Shown: in pieces, positions 11,801-22,972 of the stretch
How positions within the stretch are numbered: position 1 is the stretch's first letter
How the letters are laid out: the number at the start of each line of letters is the position of its first letter
Origin: Eledone cirrhosa
Taxonomy: Eukaryota
Reading direction: 5' to 3'
Assembly (NCBI GenBank): GCA_964016885.1
Contig: OZ024740.1
Coordinates: 208,196,001-208,260,000, forward strand
DNA length: 64,000 nt
Program-made: the position numbers and the translations under genes
Notes under the pieces: generated by a model
Seen by the model: the letters and a program-made list of their open reading frames with translations, nothing else
Told to the model about the DNA's origin: nothing
Database searches by the model: none

Positions 11801-12233
11801 TCCCGTTCCAGTCGCCCACTAACACTAAAGAGCGGGACGTTCCAAGAAAGGTCTCCAGACGCCGGAAGAAATCAGGCCGCCCTGCTCCTGTCGGGGCATA
11901 GACGGCCACTAACCTGAAAGCTTGCCCGTCTCCGCTGGTCACGTCCAGCACCACCAACTTACCTTCTGGGTCCAGGAAGATGGCCCGTATGGCAAGATCC
12001 AAACCTCTCCGAAAAAGCACAGCAACTCCTCCCCCCGATCCCGGACGGCTGGGAGATGTGTACACATTGTAGCCGCCGAAGATCGGTGCGAAAGCCTGTG
12101 CTTCGGAGATTCTGGTCTCGCTGATGGCCACTACATCTATGTTTAGTGATCTGAGGTCGTTGAGCAGGTGGCCCTGCTTCCATGACGACCCCAAGCCACG
12201 CGCATTTATGCTGCCTATTCTGAGTGAGGTCAT
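8832..12233 (-). CDS. LINE ORF2: APE endonuclease + reverse transcriptase + C-terminal Zn finger (1133 aa)
   Basis: APE motifs SINARG, ISET, VYAP, GDWN, YLDR, TDH. RT motifs PGLDG, FRPITLLN, DQSKAFDRVDH, VRQGCPLS, YADD. C-terminal CPRC..ETVLHALVQC. Confidence 0.97.
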   Translation of the reverse strand: MTSLRIGSINARGLGSSWKQGHLLNDLRSLNIDVVAISETRISEAQAFAPIFGGYNVYTSPSRPGSGGGVAVLFRRGLDLAIRAIFLDPEGKLVVLDVTSGDGQAFRLVAVYAPTGAGRPDFFRRLETFLGTSRSLVLVGDWNGILDARWNCVRLVDREGGCKSLTNLLRRFELSDRYRMDFPNVPMWTWTNRIGSSRSYLDRVFCREIDRSSIGCPQFKIVSYTDHTFVICVLDLDRLHRRGPGYWKLNASLPARKAYRDRISKLVKRALTGAIVNNKWWFALKRAIRIESIRFSKTLAIEKNRAEGELVRKLDEALSKGIATDVLAAKLALDQFFNAKHEGCVVRARVRALRHEGTKAVQWARVAEARRGNKATIRSLVDHDGRMLLDPGQMCEAFQRHFAQLFGGSDGPDRGMDFSVYLDGLPRLSATEAECCEKPITTAEVRDAMTSCTRGKSPGLDGLPYKLYVQMPNLFGGLLADVYCNWQQNGRIPSSVSRGAVALLRKDPNKGDNIDNFRPITLLNTEFKILAKVLAKRLALVVGGLVGEAQTCAIPDRSIHDNLHLMRYIVERVAREPGTGGSLINLDQSKAFDRVDHRYLTAVLRAAGFGPVFRGWIAAMHSDICSVVRVNGHLSEPFNIMRSVRQGCPLSSLLYVLTIEPLLHKLETLRGVPRELGCGRSVSAYADDVTVVVSNAKHIEAIGTTLREYEAVTGAMINQEKSVGLQLGTWRGRSMPSNSVVGRWTDGPVKLLGVWFGPDLQTDKNWDEVTSRVASLTQKWAERKLSLKGRAEVANAYIASVIYYRLTVVPCPKPRLTALERLLFRFLWKGRAPMVRRSICCQHPLRGGLGIPWLMMRRHLHLFLDGDQVWSPFARHVFPQLVSLTELQSWVKRRPRGSAWRLECLQALTALDQSGNVIGGNSTLAFYRGLVEGKSDDVLGETLGVDENQLANLFGRTFGPGPMDNFQKSLAWQCYRGALPVRDKLYRHGGAVSRACPRCAQGDETVLHALVQCPSIADLWVYVEHLLSRVGRIQLSAESIVRIAPPPSFSLEGQAVFICLVAMAKEIVWWTRLKGLKTSTYLFGDALINFFKFHLKRKIRVEREVLSSQHFVERWVREASMARMNGPSLSMCL

Positions 12234-12267
12234 GTTGAAAAGGAGTGGAAAAGATGGGAAAGACCAC

Positions 12268-14246
12268 TTACCTTACTTCTCGTAGGGGAAGGACGGCTTT
12301 TCCATCCTTTTCACTGCTTGTGGCCTCCTCAGGAAGGATGTCCTTATAAATCCTCCTGGAGAGTGCTTGTCGGAAGTCTCCGATGTCTTTGGGGAATTTT
12401 TGTTTTAGTGTCATGTACGTTTTCTGTGTGATGCGAGTGATTTGTATGTGTGGAGGTGGTGTGAATTTTGGGGTTGTTGTGTAGTCTTTTTCTGTGATGC
12501 TGGTGTTGTGTTGGATGTAGTGTAATAATTGCTTGTTGTTCAAATTTAATGCTGTGTAGTGTGTATCGTTTTGGTTGTTTTGTTTTGTTTGCGTTTGTTG
12601 TGGGTTTGTTTCTGTTTCGCATTTTGGTGACTTTTGTGGTGTAGGTGATGGTGGTGTTGGAGTTAATGATGGTGATGGTGTTGGTGTTTGGGTTGATGGG
12701 GTTGGTGATGCTGGTGTGGATGGTGGCATATCTGTCCTAACTTTTTTGTTTCTTAGTTTATTTGTTTCCCTCTGTATTTTGTTTTTGGAGAGGGAAGGAA
12801 GAGAATTTTTTCTTTTTTGGTTTCTTTTTTTTTCCGGATATCGTTTCCCACTCCTCGTCGTCACAATCTGTCTCCAGTTGTGATAGGCCGGGGAGTGGAA
12901 AATCCTCCACAGCCGTTAGTTTTGGTTGTGGTGTGGTGGATGGTGTAGGCGCTGGTGCTAGTTCTGACGCGTTGGGTGGTGGTGGTGTTGGTTTTGCTGG
13001 CGGTGGTAGTGGTGTTGGTTTTGCTACTGTTACTGGGGTTGTTGCTGTTATAGTTGCTTCTGTTGTTGCTGCTACAGTTGTTGCTGCCATCTCTGCTACT
13101 GGTGGTGTTGATGGTTGTGTCACTGGGGTGGGTAGGAGAGGTGGCCTCAACCTTTTAGCCTGAGGGCAGAAAGCCCTTAGGTGGGTTCCTTCACCACAAA
13201 CGACACACCTAGGTCTTCTGCCCTCGACAATTACCGTGAGGTGGCTGCCGTCAGTGAGGTCTATTACCTCTGGGATCTCCTCAATGCTTTTTTGGTCCGC
13301 TTGGATCAGGAGCTCCATCCCAGATCCGGACCAGTTTTCCTGCTTTTCTTTTGCTACTGCTATTATTTTCGTGTTGGCTTCGATGCCGGCGAGGACAGCC
13401 GCTATTAGCCAGGGAATTTCGATGGCCGGTGGAACGTGGGTCACCCTGATCTTTACGAGTCTCTGGCCACAATAGCTTGGGACGAGTGTGAGGTCGTCAC
13501 TTTTTAATGGGGCCATGGAGTGTTCTCTAGCCTCCTCTGGTGTTTCAAAGAACACATCCACGGTTCCATACTTTTTCCCACGTCTGATGTGGGTTTTTCT
13601 TGCCCACACATGTCCCAAAGCTTTTTGGATTTGGGACTCGGATGCCCGTTCCACTCGGCGCGATTTTACATTTATTGTTCTATACGACACGGTGCACAGG
13701 CGCCGATGCTCCATTTTATTAGGTGGGGGGTGAGGCTGACCCTGTACCCATCTTTCTTTACCATTTGTTTGGCATTTTCTAAATCTTCTTGAGTTACCGT
13801 GAACGCTTCGAATTGTTTTGCTACGATGGCGAAACTGAGGGTCGGTTTTATAATGTCATTGTTGTTGTTGTTGCTATCGTTAATATTAATTTTAGTTTCA
13901 GTTGTGGCGTTGGTGACGTCAGTCGTCTTTGGTGCGGAAGACTCCATTTTGCTTGATTTCATTTCGACATCACGAGTTAATTTATTTTTTTCTTCTTTTG
14001 TTTCTGTTGTCGCGGTGGTGGTGGGGGGGGGTTGTCGCGGTGGTGGTGGTGGTGGAGGCTTTAACACCTGCAGTCATTGGTAATGGCGGGAAATGAATGT
14101 CTGCCTGAGACAAATTTAAAATATTGCTACTGCTTATATTTTTTTTGTGTTGGCAAACGTAGTAACATTTACAATGGTGGTGACGGTGTGAGGTGTTATT
14201 TTGTGAGGAAGGCTTTCAGCTGCTTCGTGCAGAGGTGAATTAGCCA
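12268..14246 (-). CDS. LINE ORF1 (gag-like, CCHC knuckle), split by four 1-bp homopolymer indels
   Basis: Joins ORF pieces 13672-14067, 12758-13714 and 12268-12864. CVVCGEGTHLRAFC is CX2CX4HX4C. Candidate ATG at 14246. Confidence 0.8.
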
Positions 14247-14455
14247 TTTTTTTTCAAAGAAATTTTTGATAATAATAAAAGTTAAAATTTTGGGCACAAG
14301 GCCCCAATCTTTTTGGGTGTCCTTTTCGGAAAACAATGTATGTGTGCTTATAAACAGTTTACAATAAAATTTTCCATAAATGGCAATTTTTAAACAAACG
14401 GAAATAACAAACCTTTGCGGAGCTCACGATAATACGATATCCTACGTAGGTCGCC

Positions 14456-14495
<40 letters not shown>

Positions 14496-14499
<4 letters not shown>

Positions 14500-14692
14500 T
14501 AATCACCACCACCATCATCATCATCACCACCAACCATCATCATCATTATCCTCATCATCACCACCATCATCATCACTATCATCATCATCATATCACCATC
14601 ATCATCATCATCGTCATCATCATATCACCATCATCATCATCATCATCTTTATCACATCATCATCATCATCACCATCATCATCATCTTTATCA

Positions 14693-14730
<38 letters not shown>

Positions 14731-14760
14731 CCATCATCATCGTCATCGTCATCATAGTTC
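14496..14760. repeat. (CAT)n low-complexity tract
   Basis: Continues the (CAT)n tract found left of the LINE. Confidence 0.9.
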
Positions 14761-15041
14761 ATGATAGTGTCGCTGTAAAAATAACATCAGTCATGGTGTT
14801 GTTATTGTTATCGTTATTGCAGGTTTTGTCGACGCTGCCGTTTCAATGTTGATAGGGGAGGTAATACTGGTAACACTGCCGTTGTTGCTGTCACATAGTA
14901 ATGGTTGGTTTATTTGGGTTTTAGTAATGGATGTGTGGGGACACGGAAACAACAGTATCTACATATTGTTGTGATTCGGTTCTGAGATAACTGCCTCATA
15001 ATAGGTATATGTCTGGGAGTTTATAATGAAACACAGTTCCT

Positions 15042-15154
<113 letters not shown>

Positions 15155-15329
15155 CAACGTTAAGAAATGGGTTTTAAGAAAATAGAATACTTAAAGCTGA
15201 TGTTTCTAATTCTAGGCCACTTTAACCTAGTTTCGTTATATATAGGAGAATGAGATAGTTTTTACACATATGGTGTGTATTTTTGAATACACATTTCATG
15301 CTCATATTATTATTGTTGTTGCTTCTGTT

Positions 15330-15620
15330 GGTGTTTTGTTTTGTTTCGTTTCGTTTTGTTTTTGCTTCTGCTTGTGTTGTTCTTGTTACTGCTTCTTCTG
15401 TTGTTAATGGCTGTAATGTCGGCAGTCGGGGAGGTCCATGCTTTTGTCTTAGATCAAAGCAGAAGAACCTTATGTAGTTGGTGCTAACGTATATGTGGTA
15501 CCAGATCCTTCTACCATCCACCAAGCCATGTAGTTCAGTGTAATTTCGGAGATCTTTTTGGTTGGGGATCGTGTACAGAGTTTTTAATTGTACCTGTATC
15601 ATGAAATCTAGACTATTTTT
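15330..15620 (-). pseudogene. Degenerate ORF1 fragment of an older related Tx1-like LINE
   Basis: IQVQLKTLYTIPNQKDLRNYTELHGLVDGRR..YIRFFC..PPRLPT aligns with ORF1 IQADQKSIEEIPEVIDLTDGSHLTVIVEGRR..HLRAFC..PPLLPT. Confidence 0.7.
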
Positions 15621-15969
15621 TCTGGCGGTACCTCTTCATATCTAGGGTCAAGGATTGGTGTGGAGTAGGGTGTAATTAGATGCGCCGCAAAAAAGTAAAA
15701 ATCTATTTCAAAATGTAAAAAATACAGCTTGAAATTTAATATAAAGTTCATATGTTACTGTCAAAGTGGAAAATAACTAAACTATGAATGAAATATTGCC
15801 TACAAACCCCAAGTGCATTTGTCCTCATAAGGCTATATTTATTGACTAAAGGAAGAATTACAAATAAATTTTCTGTTGTTTTAGTTATTTATATTTCTAC
15901 TTAATGTTATACTAATGTGTATAAACATCACTTTTGAATAAATTTTCGGATTCAAGAACCTTCCTTCTC

Positions 15970-16380
15970 ATCCCACCCTCATATCAGAGGGTCGGGGGTC
16001 ATGGACTTTTGCCATTGCCGTACATTCTGTCAAACTTCTTCCTGTCCATTCTTTAATATCTGTCTATCTCCTTTTCTGCCGCTCCTAGCCCAGTATTCGT
16101 ACCTCAAGGTGGTGGGTAGTCAAATGTTGGGCCCTGATGACATGACTAAATTCTTCTAAATGAGTGTGGAGTAAAACATAAGTTTGGTAAGCACTTCTCT
16201 AGAACATATGCCACCAGTAACGAGATGTTTAATTCTGGAGTCACTTCCATCTTTGACACTCACCGGCCCATGGATATTATTCATATATGAATTCATATAA
16301 AATCATGATACAATTGACTGCCTCTGTACATGAGAGTCTGAAATGAATTGTACCTTTATCAAACCATTACTTGTGTTGTA
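15970..16380 (-). mobile_element. Decayed RTE-clade LINE 3' fragment
   Basis: Minus translation ..RQKRR*TDIKEWTGRSLTEC.. resembles the RTE C-terminal GR-x-x-R-W-D-IKEWTG motif. Confidence 0.55.
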
Positions 16381-16669
16381 CTACGAGGTTCGGCTGAAAA
16401 GTTCATAGACTGACCAAGATACTCTCATGGAATTACCAAATGGGGTTTATTTTTTAACATAGTCCCTAAAAGAAACAACGAGTTAAAATTAATGCATGCA
16501 AGATTTCACAGCCTGGGAACTGTTCAGACGACATGCAAATACACACACATATATTAACATACATACATATACATAAACACATGTACATATCCTTATACAT
16601 ATATACATATATAAATATATTATATATATATATATGTATATATATGTATATATATATATATATATATAA

Positions 16670-16702
<33 letters not shown>

Positions 16703-16730
16703 AGTGTATATATATATATATATATATATA

Positions 16731-16761
<31 letters not shown>

Positions 16762-17327
16762 ACGTACATATATAGATACATACATATATAAAACATGTGG
16801 GGAGAGAAAAGAGAGGAGAGATAGATGGCTAGATGCTGTGGAGAAAGATTGAGATAGAGAGGGAAAGATTGAGAGAGAGAGAAAGAGAGAAAGAGAGAGA
16901 TAGAGAGAGAGAGAAAAAAAAGAGAGAGAATGGTGATATTTATAGTAGTGGCTATTTACGTTTGGTCTATTTTTCAATATTTACATACGAGTAGTTATTC
17001 TGTAAGTATTGACAACGACGTCTGCCTGTTCATCAGTTTACACCTCCTTGGAGGCCTTTTAATTCGTGATGTGGTTGCTGATGTTTGTTATAGAGCTATT
17101 ATATCCCCGAGGATGAGGCTAGAAATACTGACACCACAGATTCCTTCACTTCTCTTAGGCTTTTACATTTAGCTAGGGAAGAATGCAATACTACGTAGAC
17201 ATTAGAGATTTGTTCGTACGGAGGCATGAAGACGTAAAGTGTATATGTATGTATGTATGTATCTATGTATCTATGTATCTCTGTATGTATGTATGTATCT
17301 ATGCATGTATGTATGTATGTATGTATG

Positions 17328-17358
<31 letters not shown>

Positions 17359-17374
17359 GTATGTATGTATGCAT

Positions 17375-17681
17375 TGTTCTTTTTGGTAAATATCATCTTG
17401 GTTAAGAGAGTGGGACTGGCTTTGTGCATTGCCTTTGCTCACTATAAAAGCTTCACGGCACAGGCATTGCTTTGTATCTGGAGATCTCTCTGCACTTGTC
17501 GTCACATGGTACCATGGGCCCTGCACTATGTGTCAATCATTGTCACAAGTGTAGTGTTTGTACCAGAGTTTTCAAGTCGCTGGCTGGACTAAAAAGTCAC
17601 ACTCGTTCAGCGCATCGGTAGGAGTTCTCCTACATGGATATAAGGTAGTGGTCGTACTCGAAAACGAGTTGGCAGCCACCA
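17375..17681 (+). mobile_element. RTE-clade LINE 3' end (C2H2 finger and tail)
   Basis: Encodes CSVCTRVFKSLAGLKSHTRSAHR*. 3' UTR hairpin ctcg-aaaa-cgag. Second copy at 57522-57826. Confidence 0.75.
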
Positions 17682-17989
17682 TGCATGTGTGTATGTATAT
17701 ATGTATGTGTGTATATATATGTATGTGTGTATATGTATGTGTGTATATACACACATACATATATACATACACACATGCATACATACTTACATACATACAT
17801 ACATGCACACATGCAAAATATGTAAGTATGTGTGTGTGTGTGTGTGTGTGTGTATAGTATGGGCGTGTGTGCGCATGTGTGTATATTTAAATATATATAT
17901 ATATGTATGTATTATCTGTGTGTCTCTGTGTGTATATATATATATGTGTGGGGGGGTGCGTGTGTGAGTGTGTGTGTGTGTGTAATAAA

Positions 17990-18313
17990 TGACTGATAGG
18001 TTTATAAAGCCGGTACAATGTGGTAGAAATACATAAAGGATGACAAATAAAACAAAGTAGTGTTCTACCTGGTATATTTTCAACATGATCGATGTCTTCT
18101 TCCCTAACTGGTTTACGTGTCTGAAATACGCATGCATTGAACCGTTATGGCAACCAATCTGCCTCGTGCATTTCTAATCTATTATTTACCTGTAGCTTTT
18201 TCTTGTTGATGATAATGGCGCCTTTGATTCTTAAATTTGCCACCTTTCTTTCCGTCACCTCTATGGTGAGTGTGTTTTTTTTATTGGCAGCTTGACCCTC
18301 CCAAAGTATAACA
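17990..18313 (+). mobile_element. PLE-like 3' terminus
   Basis: Ends TGACCCTCCCAAAGTATAACAA-(TA)n, identical to the terminus of the GIY-YIG element at 49781. Left boundary approximate. Confidence 0.55.
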
Positions 18314-18373
<60 letters not shown>

Positions 18374-18429
18374 CCGCGTATATATATATATATATATATA
18401 TATACGCGGGCGCGCACACGCATATAATA

Positions 18430-20455
18430 ATTATAATAATATTTATAATAATTAACTCCGTATTAGCACCACCAACTACACAAACGAATACCGGTGAACT
18501 GCACTACGTTGAGTACTCTCCATAATATTACACCAAGATTGACCATACGGAATGACCAATTCTATCCAGTGGTGAACCAACAAACCTAAATAATGCTCCA
18601 ATAATGTTGAGCACTTCCAGATGTTATATTGAACAGCGGCACTGACTTCAGTGTACAGCTATTGCCAGCATGGGATTAACTGATCTACTTACCATTCGGA
18701 TTTTGGTTGATCTGTGCTTTATCTACCGCCCACCCTATCCAATGCTGCTTCCTTGCCGGAAATATTCGGATTTCGACAAAATTCTACGTATTATACTTAA
18801 ACATGTATTGTATTGACTGAATTCTCTACTCTATACCTCAGGACATTTTTGCGACTCACACTGAATTCGGAGACCCGAACTTTACACTAGGTACCACCTG
18901 ATACCATTCCATCTCTTCCATCCTCTATATCTATGTGTACAACCTTTATTATCTTACTACAACTTGATCTATTTTGTATTTCCCCTTTCCTTTGATTCCT
19001 CCAATATGTTCTTATATATTTCCGTCTTACTACATCACTACCCTAGCTATGACGGCGTTTTATTTATGTTTTTTACTTTTTACTTTTTACTTTTTACTTT
19101 TTACTTTTTCCCTTATTAATGTATTTTTATTAATGTATTTTTTATTTATTTTTTATCTTTGTATTTTTATCTTTGTATCCTGCTTTTATTTATTTGTGAT
19201 TTTCTGTTTATTATTCCTTACTCAGGTCATTATGCACCATTCATAGCTCCTTACCCACCAAAGAACCACACTACTTATAACCCGGACTAACTGGGACTTA
19301 AAAATAAAAATAATTATAGTCTATTCGCACTTTTCATTGGGTTTTACCACTTTCGACTGATGTGGTGGATTTCCCGGCTGTGCGCCGGGTGCTCGGAAAG
19401 TTCAGCCTTCCTTGGGTGCTTGGAAAAATAAAGTTTACCCTCTTTCGGTAAACGAAACTACTCGGAGCGGATCGATTAGCCCCGGGGCCCGCCGCACCGC
19501 CTGTTTTGACCGCCACATTATACTCATACCTATAAACTCTAGGCTTAGGCATAACTGTTAGCTGTATCATGCCTCCCTCTGCTGGCACGTAAATAAACCC
19601 CTCCTGTGTGAATTAATATTATTCGTTTGGTATAGACGATGGCCTGTAGAAGCTGGTTGACTTCCCGCTAGCATACCCGGAGCCTATCGCAGCTATGTTC
19701 CTAAAGTACTCGGAAAAATTAATTTCCATTTATTTCGCTAGAAGATACCACTCGAAACTGGCTGACACGTGGTTAGGAGGTGCTGGCTGGGTTTTACAAT
19801 CGAAGGCTTTAATCTTTACTCTATATCCCACCTTGATAACTTATCGAGATTCCCTATAATACACTTAAACTTTTTCATATAAGACTCTCTCTGTAATTTC
19901 ATTAAATAAATCTCGCAACACAAACCTTTAATTTTCTATTAATTTTCTAATAATTTAATTTCATCCTATAACTCTTAACATAAGTTAACGTTCCAATTTT
20001 CTGTTCACACATTAGACCATACAGACACCCATATATATGCCTTTGTTAAAATATGGGTTCTTTGGAATAACATTTTTCGCGACCTCTTCTAGCATGACTG
20101 TAGTGTGACCCTTACGCTGACTTTTCTTCTTTCTTTCTTTCTTTCTTCTCATTTTTTATTCTCTGACGGAGAGGTGGTAGTACATTATAAGCCTTCGCCC
20201 CCTCACCAGATGGTCATTAGTAGACCGACTTGCCATCACTTGAGGGCGACTGACCGAGGGGAAAGCAGCTAGTTGGTCAGTCGTCCTCTCTGTTTCTGAT
20301 TTCGGACCCATGGTTTTTATATATTCCTTTGTTATAATTCGAATACCTGATGATATCACCGGATTCATACGGAACCCGGTCATTGAAATGAACATAGTAT
20401 AATAAAGTTTTCAAGGATTTACACCAGTCCAGCCTTCTGATATTTTATTTATAAT

Positions 20456-20457
<2 letters not shown>
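18430..20457 (+). mobile_element. ~2-kb non-coding HHR element, circularly permuted (family of 22720-25293)
   Basis: 18440-18590 and 20300-20457 match segments that are adjacent in 22720-23017. 19330-19530 resembles 23980-24170. Confidence 0.75.
20343..20400 (+). ncRNA. Type I hammerhead ribozyme
   Basis: atac CTGATGA t-atcaccggattc..gaacccggtcat-t GAAA tgaaca TA gtat. Confidence 0.8.
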
Positions 20458-20535
<78 letters not shown>

Positions 20536-20949
20536 GAGAGAGAGAGAGAATCAAATAAACGTTGACAAATACTATTTCGGATGAAGACATATCGACATTA
20601 ATAAACAAACAAATACAAATGAATTCAACCTGATATGGCGTCAGTCACAGACAGAGTAAAACTTTCTCTATCTCTATAGCGTGTTATCGCATTCACAACA
20701 TATTACATTTACCTTATGCGCGTATGCGTATGTGTATGCGTGTGTGTGTCTGTATTTACATCTATTTTATATATGTAATCATTGACCTTTAATCAAAACT
20801 GTGTGTAACTATATAGAATGTTATTGCATTAATAATATAGTATGAATACAACCGCAATCAAATATACTTCTTTGGTAGTATGTACAATGCTTTCACGAAA
20901 GGTTTTAGATGTTCACGCAATTTCCAGCAGACACAGACACCCTCTTGAC

Positions 20950-21740
20950 CCTTCCACTCTTAAACTAGCGAAACATCCAGAATATGGCAGCTGGAAAGAG
21001 AGAAGTCTGCACCAACACTGGGCTAGTACTTTCTTTATCGACCCAGAAAAGATGGAAAGGAAAGTGAACCTCGATGGGATTTGAACTCAGAAAGTAAAGA
21101 CCTGGAAAAAATATGCCAAGCTCTAACGGCTCTGCCACATCGACTGTCTTTATATATATAGTGCAAATCAGATATAAATACATATATGTGAGTATGATTG
21201 GGTGTGAGTGTTTGAATGAAATTTATATATACATATACAGTTTATGTTGTAGATGTGTAAACACGGGATTTCATACTAACATGTGTACGTGTTTTTAATT
21301 ACCCTTTGTTCGTAGTCCCCGGCTCCATTTTGTTAATTCTGTTATATTTTCTAATATTTTACAACTAGTGGGCGAAAGTATCTCTAGTTGCTCATATTTC
21401 ATTCCTGTTTTCCTGTACATAACTGGAAAATTTAATATTGTTAAACACATACACCTCTTAAGTCTCACTTCAGTTTTATTATTAGTCAGATAAGGTCGGT
21501 GGATTGGCAGTATCGATGGGGCATCGGACAACATGCTTTATAGCATAGAATTACGGCCCATTACGTTCTGAGTTCAAATCTCACCGAGGTTAGCTTTGGC
21601 TTTCACCCTTACGGGATCGTAGATTAGTAAAATCGTTACCTCATCGGACACACCTTTGCGGTATATGTTCCAGCTCTTTAAGTTCGAATCCTCACGAAGT
21701 TAACTTTACTTTTCATCCTTACGAGGTTAATAAAATATTG
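20950..21740. mobile_element. Cluster of decayed tRNA-SINE fragments
   Basis: 20950-21140 (-), 21497-21620 (+) and 21670-21735 (+) resemble the 46582 SINE. Confidence 0.65.
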
Positions 21741-22329
21741 TAGTAGTATTAATAGAAGTAGTTGTTGTTGCTGTTATTGTTGTTATTGCTGCTGTTGTTG
21801 TTGTTAAAATCGCGATTTTACAATTCCACTTCCTCATTTACCTCAAGTTACACGTTGCCGCTTTTTGACAAGATTCAAGATTTTATTACAATTTTTTTGC
21901 CATGAATTAGAAAGAAGAATTCTAAAACAACCATTGGATATTTACGATACTTCAAGGAATTTCCTCAAACGATAGAAGAACTTTAAAGATATTCGGCGAG
22001 TAATTGTATACAATATTGAGTATATTGGTAGATTAAAGTGTCGTAGTAAGAAGTTTGATGATGACATTATGACATGAACTGAAGAGATGAAGAGAAGAAA
22101 GAGTAAGGAGAGATGAAGAGAAAAAAGTCTAGGGAGAGTTAAGAAGCTTGTGGTGCACTGCAAGTTTGTCTGTTCTTCTGGAAACCATTTATTTAAAAGC
22201 AATTATATATCGTTTTATACGTGTGTATTTATATAATTGGAATAAGTAGTGTATATATATATACATGAAAAAATATATATTTATATATATTTATATCCCT
22301 ACATATGTACATATTTAAATATACATATA

Positions 22330-22439
<110 letters not shown>

Positions 22440-22602
22440 AATATGTTTATATGTAGGGGTATGAATATATATATAATATATAACGTTTTTAATTAAAACA
22501 TACAGTATATTGCCAAATGTACTATACATACATTCATATATATATAAATATATTTCTTTCGTGTACTGTGCAGTTTTGTTATCTTTGTTATTTCTGTTCA
22601 CC

Positions 22603-22723
<121 letters not shown>

Positions 22724-22914
22724 GGTTTGAGGTTCACCACTGTATAGAGCTGGTCTATTCCGAATGGTCAATCGTAATGCAATAATATAGAGAGTACTCA
22801 ACGTAAGGCAGTTCAACCGTCTTTGTTTTTGTAGTTGGTGGTGCTATTACGGAGTTAAATATTATAATGAAATGACAGGAGGCTGGATTTGTGTAAATCC
22901 TTGAAATGTTTATT

Positions 22915-22972
22915 ATACTATGATCATTTCAATGACCGGGTTCCGTATGAATCCAGTGATATCATCAGGTAT
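22915..22972 (-). ncRNA. Type I hammerhead ribozyme
   Basis: Reverse complement of 25181-25238. Confidence 0.82.

Larger units (their letters stand above)
8589..14455 (-). mobile_element. Full-length L1-clade (Tx1-like) non-LTR retrotransposon in an (AAT)n tract
   Basis: ORF1 with zinc knuckle, ORF2 APE-RT-Zn, 3' UTR with AATAAA then (ATT)n. (AAT)n on both flanks (8550-8588 and 14456-14496). Confidence 0.95.

Noticed and set aside
16383-16470. mariner-like TIR tacgaggttcggctgaaaagttc
   Set aside because: No partner TIR or transposase is visible. Too short to call.
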